64,000 nt of DNA, from NCBI GenBank assembly GCA_030141605.1, contig JAQGDQ010000023.1, positions 1,054,001 through 1,118,000 on the forward strand, in the 5' to 3' direction. Origin of the DNA: Tubiluchus corallicola. Taxonomy: Eukaryota > Animalia > Priapulida. Positions 10,673-22,960 of the stretch are shown here, one piece after another. Positions within the stretch are counted from its first letter, which is position 1. Each line of letters starts with the position of its first letter. The position numbers and the translations under genes were made by a program. A model generated the notes under the pieces. It was not told the origin of the DNA, ran no database searches, and worked only from the letters and a program-made list of their open reading frames with translations.

Positions 10673-12134
10673 GTACAAGTGCACTAAACAAGAGCTAGAG
10701 CTAATCACATTTTTTCAAGGCTCGATCTGCTTTGTAGGAATGTCACAATAGGAATGTCGCAAATGTTGAAATTCAGTGCTAATCATGGACAGGGGCACTA
10801 TTACCATTTCGTTGATATCAGATAAACATTTAATCTTCAATGCTGAATAACTCAACTGCTAACCAATATTGGAAAATCAATCAAAATTACTAGCAAAAGA
10901 CAGAAGTGCTTTACACATTTACGTGATCATTAGCGTCAAGTTCTGTCTCATAGATTATCTTTAAAGTCAGGTTTATTGAGTTTGCATGCACTTTACGATT
11001 TGCATTATGCATATGTGACGTGATGTAATAGCACCACACTGACAGTATCACGGGAAAATTTAAAATGAAAAGAAATAGGAAACTTAATCTAACACGAGCA
11101 CGATACACGCTTAAGATTGAAACTAAGTAATATAATCTGTAAGTTGATTTTCTGAAACTTAATTTAATGAACCCTTTCTTGTTCTTCAAATGCAAATAGT
11201 GATTAGCCTCTTAGTTAAACATAATCATTTTCTTGTAGTTGTCTAAATCCATTAAGCATAAATTATCCATTACTTTAAATGCATAAATTTTGTCCTATTG
11301 TTGCTCAATTCCTTATGTGCCCGTTACTGTAAGCTTAGCTGTTGACAGGTATCTGATAATCAACAAGCACTGTTAAGGTCAAACAAAAAATATTTGTACT
11401 GTTTTCTGATTTTGAACATACAACAACGAAGCGTCAATTGTGCGAACATGAAATTAGAATTCCGCCATGGCAATTTTTCCACATAAGTAATTATTAAAGA
11501 AACAATATTGTCCCTTTCAATATTTTGTACATTATTTTATTAAGCAACATGATTTTAGGTTGTCTTCCTCTAATAAAACTTATATAATATAATATAATTA
11601 TCAGGTAGACAATTACAGCTGCATATCTGAGGAGTTAACAGTTTTGACTCCCATGGTTGACAGTTTTGTCTCCCATGAGAGCATGCAGGAAGCTAGTAAA
11701 TACCCGCTCTTGAAAAACCAAAAGACAGCCCACAAACCGGTCACCACCGGTAGTTCACCTTCAGTGCAAGTAATTGTTAATTTAAAAACTACTGCAAATA
11801 TTTATTTTTTTACGAATTGATAAAACCATTAATGTTAATTAATTAAACCGCTGCTTCTCGACAAGAGAAAACAGGATTTCCTGTTTCTCGCAAGAAAAGC
11901 TAAAGTGGATTTACTGCACATTTCCAGAATAAAGGGCCATTTATGCCACTACATCTATCTGCTTGGTGGTCATATAAGGTATATCAAGACAATATTTAAC
12001 CAGATACATCCAGATATGTTTATTGTGTCTAATAAATGTGTCTATTGATGTGAATTGCCCATGCTACATATTAGTAGAAAGCAAATGAGTATTCAAACCA
12101 CTAAACGTTTAACTGTAGCAGCTGTAACACCTAC

Positions 12135-12265
12135 AAAAGAAATGCTGTCATTCTTCAGAGCAGAGTTGTAAAGAAGTTCAGATCGCAAATGTTCTTTGGA
12201 AATAAGTAATGGTGATTTCGTTGCTATTTCACAAACGCCTTCAAACAGTTCCTTTGGCCAGAGTC
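12135..12265 (-). CDS. PI4KA: PI4KA exon 19 ([43 protein letters not shown])
   Basis: ttttag| acceptor, TTT|gtaggt donor, 131 nt; [13 protein letters not shown] conserved. Confidence 0.93.
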
Positions 12266-12619
12266 CTAAAAATAGATTGTTACATAAATAAATAATGGAT
12301 TTGTTCTAAAATGTAATTAAATTTGCACTTTTGCATATGAACATGAAAAGTGTTTAACAACTTATTATTTCGACAATTTTCGACAGTGTGGCCTTGACCT
12401 ATTGAGCCTTGACCTTGAGCTATCCTGCACCAAGTTTAATGATTATAACTTCACATAATTAATTGGCTACACAAACAGATAAACAGGCAAACAGACAGAC
12501 ACAAATAAATGCCTTACCATTGGCTTACTGGGTACTCTTACACTGTTAGATCATCAACTCAATAAAACATTCATCATTATCGATTAAAATAGCAATACAA
12601 GAGGTTTAATCTAGAAAAA

Positions 12620-13360
12620 ATTTCCAATGTGTAGGTGACTGTAGGATTGACTCCACGTCAGAACTGACCAGACTGACAATGTGGCTTTTGCGATCTATCA
12701 AGTGGTCCAGGTAATGAGCAGAAGTACTATTCTAGATGTAGCAGTAAAACTATTCTCCATTGAATAGTTAAATTTGTGAACATCATTGTATACTTCTGGT
12801 TTTTATTAGTTTCGAGCACCAAACATGCAGGCAACTTTTCTGACATGTTCTTAAACACTTCAGTAAAACAGTATCTCCCGTCTAAGATCAGAAAACAAGT
12901 CAAAGTCAAACAAACCTAGAAGCATAAGACGGGTTTTAGTGAGATAAGAAACACTCATATGTATTAGTAGCTACCACATCATCCTTTTGGCTAGAAAATG
13001 GTAAAAGCTTCATCTGCTTCGCATTAAGGGTGGCAAGCCAGTCTCGGCCCAAGTTTGTAGTCAAATCAATTTCCATTTCAAGTGGGGTGAGGCATTTCTA
13101 GTCGAAAGTCATCCAATTGAATACTAAGCTAAGAACTTTACAGAGTAATATCATCAGCATAGATAGAAAGCTTTGAGAGCACAAAGTCTGGTAGATCACT
13201 GACAAACAGCAGCAATGAAATAGGAGCTAAGATAAAACCTTGAGAGAGCACAGAAGACTGTCCTTCATAAACAACTTGAAGTATGCAACTACTGAGAGGT
13301 AATGACAAACAGCACCTACCATCTTATCAATACCTTTTCATTATCAAACAAGAAATATTT
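12620..13360 (-). mobile_element. Decayed LINE RT fragment
   Basis: Minus strand ~13140-13255 reads SVLSQGFILAPISLLLFVSDLPDFVLSKLSIYADDITL (PQGSxLxP and YADD motifs). Confidence 0.8.
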
Positions 13361-13850
13361 CTGGACATGTATTTACACTTTTTTAACTGTTAGTGAACAC
13401 TGACCTTTTTGGACAGATGTAAAAATTATTTTACATGACTAATGACCAAAAGACAGCGACTACAAACGAGGCACAACACATGACCCCGTCAAGGAGATTA
13501 GATAGAAAGGATGACTTTTTTAAATTCGTATGACTTACTATTATATAATATAACAGAGAATAGCATTCACATTTGTTCTTTGTAAATTTTGCAAAAAACA
13601 ATAATATTTACAGTGCAAATTAGTGCTAGTGAATAAAAACAATAATTCATTTTTGCAAAATAAAATAAAAAATTGAAATAACCACAGCAAAAATACAAAT
13701 AACAGTTCAACATGAGGCATCAGGATCTGACGATTCAGAGTTATTTATTGTGCATTTTTTAGTCGCGAATAAAATTTCTTGTTTAATAATGAATCTTGTT
13801 TAATTTCATTGGCCTTATAAATGGTTTCATAAAAATATAAAAATAAAATG

Positions 13851-14662
13851 CAGTCTAGCCTCGTTATCTCGCCCCTCGTTATGCCGCCAAACTCGTCTCT
13901 CGCCATAGAAAGTACCAGGACGGATTTCCTGCTTTGATATTTACCTCGTTAAGTCGCCACCCTCGCTTCTCGCCTTCGCCACGTCATGCTAGGATGAGTG
14001 CTTATGTAAACTATATTCGTTATGTCGCCAAACAGACAAACTCAGAGGTGAATCGATCAATACATATACCGCGTGTCGATCAATATAACCATGGTATGCA
14101 GACAATGCTGCTGTACTCGAGAGACAGACATAATTAATCTAGTGTGTCTGACCAGGATTAGATTAGGAGTGCTGTGGTTGGTTAGTGCGCAGAGAAACAA
14201 AAGCGTCACCGATATCCTTACTCTATAACACCAAAGCTGCGTTTAAGTGTGAGTTTCCACAAAGTGTGAGCAACTTTACATGATGTCTCTGAAGCGAAAA
14301 CTGTTTTGTCTTAATCCTGAACAAAAAATTGAATTATTTCAGTCATCAGTAACTCATTTGTGAACATTTCTAAATCTTTGGCTAAGTTTATTGCATTTAA
14401 GTGTATACTCGAAAAAGGTTTTTTAAATAAAAAAGTAACATTCTAAGATTATTTTTATGACATTTTTTCATTTCTGATTTAATGTTTATTGGTATCATAA
14501 TGCGAAATATATTTTATATGTACATAGAGGAACACTATGTTAATCAACTATTATGTATATACATATAGACTAACTTCGTTATATTCCCGTTATCTCGCCA
14601 TACTCGCCTCTTGCCAAAAATTTGCCCTAGACGGACAGTGGCGAGATAACGAGGCTAGACTG
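13851..14662. mobile_element. Tc1/mariner (pogo/Tigger-like) MITE
   Basis: Perfect 23-bp TIR cagtctagcctcgttatctcgcc; flanked by TG (left) and TA (right); subterminal ctcgtta/tcgcc repeats. Confidence 0.88.
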
Positions 14663-14946
14663 TAATTTGCAATGCTAGTAATCAGTAAGCAGAAACCATG
14701 CACTGTTTCATAGTAAATCAGTAAATGTAATACAAAAGATTTAATGATGCACTAGTCATACTACTGCTAGTCTGCCATCAGTTTGTTGGTCGTCAAGTTA
14801 TGTTTAACCTAACTACATAAAAGCAAAAGCAGTACACAAAGCAATTTGATACCCGAGCAAAACTACAACGTTTACTACTCAAGATAATTTGCAGAAGATA
14901 CATACTAAACAGGTTAGAAAGATCTCAAAATATTGTAACGAATTAC

Positions 14947-15106
14947 CAGTGTCATCCATGGCAAAACCCATTACTACACAATAGAGCCAAAAATCTCTAA
15001 ACAATTTCTGCAATCGAGGTGAAGGGTTCTTGATGCGAGGTAACCGACGTACAAGGATGGCTATAACTGGAATGAGGACACCCAAGTTTCCAGCACTGCT
15101 TGATGC
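14947..15106 (-). CDS. PI4KA: PI4KA exon 18 ([23 protein letters not shown]...[19 protein letters not shown])
   Basis: atttag| acceptor, G|gtaatt donor, 160 nt; close match to the conserved PI4KA segment. Confidence 0.95.
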
Positions 15107-16914
15107 CTAAATATAAAAATGTAAAAGTGACAAAAATATTTGCAGAACAGCAGGGCAATATGCTTCTATAGGTATGCATTGCTGTAGTTTATAATAAAGT
15201 TACTGCAATTTATAATAACTATTTTTCAGGTTGCTCTTTAATACTGTTTGCATACTGTTCTGTGAGGCTTCTTTGGATGGAAGTACTTTATTTAGATAAT
15301 TTTATTCCACCATTGTAGCTATTATTACAAAAACATATAGTAAAGTAATTACACTTATTTGAACTTACAGAGAAATTAACAAGAATACAAAACATTATTA
15401 TTTTACCACCATAACAAGCAACCATATCGCTACTATCAATAAAAAAGCCATAATACAAAACCAGAATTATGGTTTTTTATTATTTGTGCTATTTCTAGGT
15501 CAATAAAACATTTTTTGCTATTTTAATTCTATACATATAACAATAGCATGCTGTATGGTAAAGTTAACAAAAATAGAAAGCCAAGCACGCAAGCCCACAA
15601 TTATGTTTTACTAATTCTATGATCGACTTAAATTTGGTCAGCTCAACTTTTTCTCCTGCATTGAATAACAGTCGCCTTTCAAGTAATTAAAGAAATTTTA
15701 TATTTTATAGAAATATTGTAGTTTACAATTTTAGCATGAACTTAATTTTGATTACAGATTTGGCAGTTGAGAACCGTTTTAGATGAAACCGAAATGTGCT
15801 ATTTTGAATAAATATGCTGTCTTAGCAGTATAATGCCGGATTTTATCTACAAATTATGTCCACAAATTGAACTTTCTTTACCAATATACAAGAACTGACT
15901 GCTTACTGTTCAGTAATTTTATACTGATTATTGATTGTGGTGTGATATTTAGAAAAAGGATTGCTGGTTCATTGCTCTTAGATGCAATACTTTTGAAGTG
16001 TATGGAAGACACAGAATTCGCTGCTAATATTTTTTTATTTATAATATTTCTATTTCCAAACCTCAATTTCCAAAATAAATTATTTTTTAGTATTATCAAC
16101 TGCTCTGTAGTTTCATCAGGTATTTGTCATTGGCTTGACAGCTTTGTGGTAGCTTCCTGTCTGGCGTGTATTCAGCTTCTCGTCTTTATCCAAAGTGCGA
16201 GTTTAAATGAAATCTGATAATCGATTCCTTGTCCCCTTGGCTTACCTTAGAATACACAGCTCTTTAGTTGAATGAACCAATGAATAATAATATTGCTTTA
16301 ATTTATATTGTGATCTTCTCAAGATGTTCTGCTCACTAGGCCTTGGTTACACGACACTTAAAATGTACTTGATATAAAAATATATCTGCCAGATAGCACG
16401 CTACCTGAAAGTACCGGATTCTAAACTCTCTGATCCCAAATGCTCTGAAAGAGTGATCAAGATGAGATAGAAAAACTGTACCACAAATAAATACGCATGG
16501 ATGTTAGCTCATGCAATTACTTTGGTTGCAATCTCAATGCTCTAATTGTGCCACAGGAAGATGCATTTTTCTCTATGTTTCTACTATCTCCCTAGCCAGG
16601 TTTTTCCGGGTTTTTCTTGGAACATGCCACTGTTCATACTCCAGGTACTTTGGCATTTTAATGCACAAAATTGAATGATAATGCTTCAAGCAAATCTTAT
16701 TGTGTGCCAAGATACTCTTTCTCCATTTAACAGCTTCCCTTTAGAGATTCTCAATGAAATACTCATAACACTGTGCTCAAAAATAAGTCCTCGCCTAATA
16801 AATCACCATTAAGCGATGTTAATTGCTTTACTTTATTTTACTTGCACTCACATCTATTTTCTGTACTTGCAGTTTAAAAAGTAACCCAAATCAAGAATAA
16901 TTTGACCTATTGAT

Positions 16915-17095
16915 ACTGACAGTAAGGTAGTAAGGCAACAATTTAACCTACTGATGCTGACAGGAAGGCAGTAAGGCAACAATTTAACCTACTGATGCTG
17001 ACAGGAAGGCAGTAAGGCAACAATTTAACCTACTGATGCTGACAGGAAGGCAGTAAGGCAATAATTTAACCTACTGATGCTGACAGTAAGGCAGT
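16915..17095. repeat. 41-bp minisatellite, 4 copies plus partial
   Basis: Unit agtaaggcaacaatttaacctactgatgctgacaggaaggc at 16929, 16970, 17011 and 17052. Confidence 0.95.
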
Positions 17096-17699
17096 CAGAC
17101 AAGCACATGGTGATTATTTATTGTTGCTGCCACGAATTTAATAAACTTTTCTTGTGTTACTTGTACAACAATTCTAGGATAATTGCTGTATTCACCTCAT
17201 ACTTTTGAAAAAATAGCACTTCAAAAGCATGTCTCAGCAACTTGGCTAACTTTAAACAGAAAAGAAAATTCTTTGACAAAATGACTTAGAATGAGTTGTT
17301 CACAGACATTAGACATTAGAGATTCATTAAGGAGGTGTGATGCTCTAAATGCTCCACTATGTTAAAAAAGGTAACAATTAACTGAAAAAATGATGGACAA
17401 ACTAAAACTAGCATGTTACTTTATAAAAGTTTCCAGTTTCTCAAGTTCTGACCTTCTCAACATGTCTGTTTGCTAACCCCTCGTTATCTGGTTCACTTGA
17501 AAGGTGCTGCACAAGTATATCAGGCAAGCCATGTTGTACAGGCTACAGTTTTACTGGTAATGCTTTGAGAGACTTGTACATGCACAAATGGTCACCCACG
17601 AGCTATTAGACTTGACAGTCTAATGCTGTAATAGTGTCATACACGACAATGGGAGTTTCTATACTTCTGTAGTCCTCTTATCAGTTTGAGAATATTGTG

Positions 17700-20600
17700 A
17701 GAGCAACTAAAGTTTGAAAACCAAACCTCCATTTCCTGCTTGCGAAGTCTAAGAAACATAACCATAATACAGTTACTGATGGTCTCTCCTCAACAATTTG
17801 GAAAATTGCGGCAGTTTTGATGCGCCAACTGTTTCACTGGCCCATAATTTCAATGGCTCACAATATGAGAAGAGAAGAAATGGACTCTGATATTAGTGTG
17901 AGAGTATTGTACAAATAATTTAGAATTACATCCACGTAAATCATGTAGTGGTTTAGAAAAAAAATTGTCGGTATGCAAAATAGAACTACCACTAATGACT
18001 TTATAACAGTTAATATCAGAAGTCAGACTAAAACATCTCCATTGAGTTTTTTAAGAGTAATATGCTGAGATGACCAAACTATGCACGCATACTCAAGTAT
18101 TAGCCCAACTACAGCTTTATAAAGAGGTACAATAACTTTTGCACTACCTAATGAAACACAATGTTTTATCATTCCAAAGCATCTATTGGCATGAGAAATA
18201 ATATGCTCAATATGTGAGTTTCACTTCAGGTTGTTTGAGATTAATACTCTCAGATCACATACAAGGATTTTTCTTCAATAACACCATCTCTCAGATAATA
18301 AGGTATTGTAGAATTAGAACGAATACAAAGTGTGCTGCATTTACTACATTTGAGGAAAATGAATTAACTGCAAAATAGGTTATCATGCAAAGAATTAATA
18401 AATATACACTCGAGATCATTATGAGGGTCAGGCCATACTAATTTTGGAAAGTTAAAATCACCGTAAATGATAACATCATTTTAAGAGTGGATAGAAATAG
18501 CTTGTTTAATTTCTTCAAGTATATTGGTTTCAGAATAACCAAATATATGAGTATAATTATTATTGCAAGATATATATGTGCAGGCAACACTAACACTATC
18601 TCATGAAAAAACCTTTAGTTCAACAGCAACTGTTTCAGCAGTGAATGACACAAGAATTAGCATAGGGGATAAATATGATTTGACAATAATAGCCACCACT
18701 ACTGACATTAAGAAAAACAATGTCTATCACATCTAAATATTCAATAATGTTGAGGACAAACTACACTATCATCTATATCCCCAGAAAACCATATTTCACA
18801 TGAGCATAAAAAAATCAGGTTTATAATTATTAGCGAAACTGAACAAATCAGTAAATTTATTAACACAACTGTTGCAGTTGAACACAAAACCTCTGAGAGA
18901 CAAACAAGAGTACTGATTAAGTCAAACGTTATCAGAGAGTGTACTAGCTTGACTCGTCAGCGTGCTGACAATTATAGGAAAAGTTTGATCATGACTGTTA
19001 TTTGCAGTAGTTTGGCAGTTTATAGGACAAAGATAACTGATGGATGGATGAGTATAATAAACAGGAGTTCTTGATGGATAAAGAAGTTTAGGAGTGAACA
19101 CAGGAATAAGACTTTCACTAGAATGGGCTAAGTGACAACTGACCAAGACCAGTCGGAAGACGCCTACATTCGGGAGAGAAGCCAATTTGAGAGTTTATAG
19201 AAGTTAAAGGATAATTGACAGTGCGATGTATACCAGTAATTGGAGTGCTAGGAGAACAAAGAGTAGAAGAAGTAAGACCAGGAAGTTTCACAAGAAGGGA
19301 CTATATGACTTTTTACCAAAGTCATCTGATTATTATTAGTCAAAGTACAGCTACAATCAGGAGTAAGAATCCAACGTTACTATCAGGAAGAAATGGACTG
19401 TAACTTGTGTAACTGCTTGTGTCACGGATAGAAGATAGAATAAATTGACATGTCTCGGGGGGGGGGGGTGATTGTGCAGGCGATAACGAAAAAATTTGTC
19501 TGAAAACTGGTATCAACAAACTGATGGGGTACTACATCTTGAGTCTGACCTAGATTAGTGGCAGCACTGGGTGAAGCAACAGGACAACACTGCTGAGATG
19601 GTATAATAGTAAGTCCAGGATTCAGGAAGGATTTCTTTCCACCATTCACATGATGGAGAGATGAAGCACTTTCAGAACATTGAGCTATTTCATGGCATTT
19701 AGTCAGATGATGACAAATATCACTTTCACAGGCGTCACATGATTCAGAAGTACCTTTTATTGTGATTTCAATCAGGCCAAATCTATTGGGTATTTTATTA
19801 ATAATAATCTCATAGGCATATTTGGTGCATAACATAATGATGGTTTTACCTTTTTTACCAATAACTCTGTCAACATCATGAGCATCGATTGTCACAACCT
19901 TTGATGCTAGTATAAGACTTGAAGTAGAAGACTCACTACACAAAACAGGCAACGACTCTAGAAATTGCCTGCAACCACGTGTAGCAGACTTCGTAATTGC
20001 TGACGTGGTGCACTCACGTTCAAGGACAGTTGAATCAGGAGTTACAAGGATATTTTTACGCCAATCATCAAGGGACATTAGTAAATATTTATTTTGTAAA
20101 ATGAAGTCATCTTTGACTTTATCATGAAAGTGAAGTAGGATAGGGCAAGTAACATTATGTTTGCGTTGGCCTAATCATCTTAGAAGAACTGGTTCAATGT
20201 CATCGTATCCAATAGCTGAAACAATCAGTTGGCATTTATAGTTATCATCTTTTATCATTCCCAATGGAACAGTTTCAGTTGACTCACTGACACGTTTGAT
20301 GATAATGTTTTTGGATCTTCTTTTCTGTTCGTTAGGCTCATTCACAAGAAATTCAATTGTGTCTAACAACTTGCCGTCAGACTTGATGTCACGCCGTAAA
20401 GCAGAAATGTGGCTGTTGACAGCACACTACAGCAAGTCCAGCAGATGAAGCTTTTGCAGAAATTTCAGTATCGAGAGACGAGATATTGGCTTCATATGAT
20501 TGGAAATTTCTTCAAGTTTGTCATCTAAAGACTTCTCTGCTACAACAGCTTTAACGGCTTTGGAGAAACAGTCAGGACAAAACCATGGGTTTGAGGGCCC

Positions 20601-20860
20601 TAGTGTTCAATGAGCAGCATAAATTTCATCAGACATTTTATGTCATGGTTGACAGAACCACAATTCACACCGATCACAAGCCATATAGCGAGTGTTTTGA
20701 GTTGCAGGACAACCACAGAACTGACAGTATCATCTGGATTACTTTGCAAAGAAACAAATTCATCTTCATCACTGTCAACAGTTTGAGACTTTCAGCACTT
20801 TCTGCAGTAGAAAGTCAACATCTGTCTCAGTAACTGGCATTTGACCCACTTTACCATTGC
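17700..20860 (-). mobile_element. Decayed, internally deleted LINE (CR1/L2-like): ORF1 with PHD finger and KH domain, APE N-terminus, RT C-terminus
   Basis: PHD at 20568-20729; EQKRRSKNIIIKRVSES; PILLHF; KNILVTPDSTVLERE; KH at 19704-19904; APE start LRGFVFNCNSCVNK...KPDF...EIWFSGDIDDSVV...IFRCDR (~18660-18893); RT 3' part ISNNLK.NSHIEHI...LYKAVVGLILEYACIVWS (~18060-18250). Confidence 0.85.
19704..19904 (-). pseudogene. Type I KH RNA-binding domain within the LINE ORF1 region
   Basis: SKVVTIDAHDVDRVIGKKGKTIIMLCTKYAYEIIINKIPNRFGLIEITIKGTSESCDACESDICHHL inside ORF 19422-20078; GxxG loop GKKG at 19848-19859; ITIxG followed by a helix. Confidence 0.78.
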
Positions 20861-20949
20861 TGAATACCTTCTGTTGCAAAATACTTCAGATATATTAGCA
20901 CTTTCAAAAACAGTGACATCTCTAAACAATTATTCATTTCGAAAGCTCT

Positions 20950-21235
20950 CTAAGGGTTTCACAGGGCCATGATTTTTTGCAACAATTGAAAAACCTGGTG
21001 CGTTTTGTCGCAAATTATTCCTACAAAGTTCCCCACATTTTTGCGAATTTTCTTGAGCAAATGCGAGAATGTGGCACGAAGTTCACACTATATGTTTGCA
21101 CATATTTTACAACTTCTGTGACACCTTTGCAACAAGGCAAATCTGCATGACATTCATGAGATCACATTTAACAGAATTTTCGCAGAAAGAATAGTGGAAC
21201 AACCGCAAAACAGTTGCAAAACCATGACAATGAAC
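20950..21235. mobile_element. Degenerate fold-back MITE
   Basis: catgattttttgcaac pairs with gttgcaaaaccatg, and gcgaattttct with agaattttcgc, around a centre near 21095. Confidence 0.5.
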
Positions 21236-21309
21236 ATTTTATGAACATTTTCCTGGAAATGATTATTACTTATAAAATCTAGACTGTTAATAATGTATAA
21301 GATCTCATA

Positions 21310-21800
21310 ATAAAGGTATCACAAAGTCTAAAGTTTAGTGCCCATTGCGCTAAAACTTGTGCAAGAACAAAAAGGATAATCAATATGCTTTTTAGAATTT
21401 TTTCTGTTAGCAACAAACATACTTTACTGACAGCTTATAAATATGTCAGACCATTGGTTGAATATTGTCTCCTGTGTGGAGTCTTTGTGTGTTTGGTGAT
21501 TTAGATTCTGTAATAAATGTTCATTGTTACTTTATAATATGCCTTTGTAACAGATATGAAATCAATTACAAGTCATATCCACATATATCCTAATCTTAAA
21601 GCATTAGAAGAAAGACCCATAATTTCTGATTTGTGTGCGTGTGCTACAAAATTATGCATGATAATGACGATGTAAAACAGGGAAACACTTTTACTGAAAA
21701 TTTGAATGTTAGAACAAAAGGTGATCACTCATTAAAGCTCTTTGTAAGGTATACATGTAAGACACAAAATTAAGTAAAAATGCATTATTAGTCACACAAT
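21310..21800 (+). mobile_element. Decayed CR1-like LINE 3' fragment
   Basis: AYKYVRPLVEYC.PVWS and RTKGDHSLKL motifs. Confidence 0.6.
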
Positions 21801-22159
21801 TTTTATTTTAGTTTCTTGCAAATGGTTTTCTAGTTTAGAGGCTGCAAATGAAATCCTAAGTTGTTAACCATTTGTATGAATGATTTTTACAAGTAATGAA
21901 TTTGTCGTTTTCTGTAGCCAAAATATTATTGCTATCTTTCATGTTTATTGAGTGTAGTTGATGATTTCGACTATAACAGGTATTGTCAACACTATAAATG
22001 AAGACAAAAAAAGAAATAATAGTACATTGATGATACTGAAATACTAAGGTGCAAAATGTCATTACAAATCAAAACAGTAGAATTTAAATTGTCAAAAAAC
22101 ATGGGTATAACTAGAACAAATTGCAAAGAAATTAAAAAAAATCACTTTATATATGAGTT

Positions 22160-22960
22160 TCAGAAAAGATCACAACACAGCAAACCATTAGACTAAGTCT
22201 ACATAATGAAAAACCGTACGCAGTAAGCGTTATAAGAACAAAACACAACTTCTACACAGTTGCTAAATTTACAACAAGGTGGAAACGCTATACGGGAAAC
22301 CTGTGACATTTGAAAGCAACACAGAGACTGTATCAAAAAGAATCATTACAGAACTTGACAGAACAGAATCAAGCTGATTTAAACACCAGAATGGGTTTAA
22401 GTTACAAATTGGTGTTCAGGATGATAGGCGGTGCTTCATAATATACAAAAACTTCTTCTAACTTGAGATCTTGATCATTTCTTGCACTATGTAAGATGTT
22501 AAATGCAGAGTCAAAGCATGCAGTATGGTGAGAGCCAAGCAGGCCCTTGTGCTGTTCCACAATTCTAGTACACATATGATATTTTGCCTGACCAAAGTAA
22601 GACGCCTGGCACACACTGTAATACAGATTATTATTATCTTCGAATGTAGTGTACACGCACACCTGTGGTGTGTGCCAGGCGTCCGAGATCAGTCAGAAGA
22701 AATATCTGTGGGAAGCATCGCAAAGGCCAGCTTGGCTCTCACCATACTGCATGCGAAGCAGATTGGGATAGCTTTGACTCTGCATTTAAAATCTTATCTA
22801 CTGCAAGAAATATTTAAGATCTCAAGATAACAGTGGCTGTGTCAATTGTGTAAATGTGTGGAAGTTGTAGTAGATTTTATTCTTATAATGCTTACTGCTT
22901 TGGTTCTTCATTAGGTATACTTAGACTAACTGTGTCCACTGTTGTGATCATTTCTGACGC
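22160..22960. mobile_element. Penelope-like element: two GIY-YIG 3' fragments in head-to-head inverted orientation
   Basis: Minus arm VCQASYFGQAKYHMCTRIVEQH...FDSAFNILHSARNDQDLKLEE...P.ILN; plus arm SSNVVYTHTCGVCQAS...GSHHTAC...FDSAFKILSTARN; 3' tails 22160-22260 and 22855-22958 are reverse complements of each other. Confidence 0.8.

Noticed and set aside
12127-12135. Alternative tandem donor (gtag|gt) after exon 19; similar one after exon 2
   Set aside because: Use of the downstream GT would shift the frame by 4 nt; the upstream GT preserves frame and homology.
16915-17095. CRISPR-like array
   Set aside because: Units are head-to-tail with no unique spacers, there are no cas genes, and the context is a eukaryotic intron.
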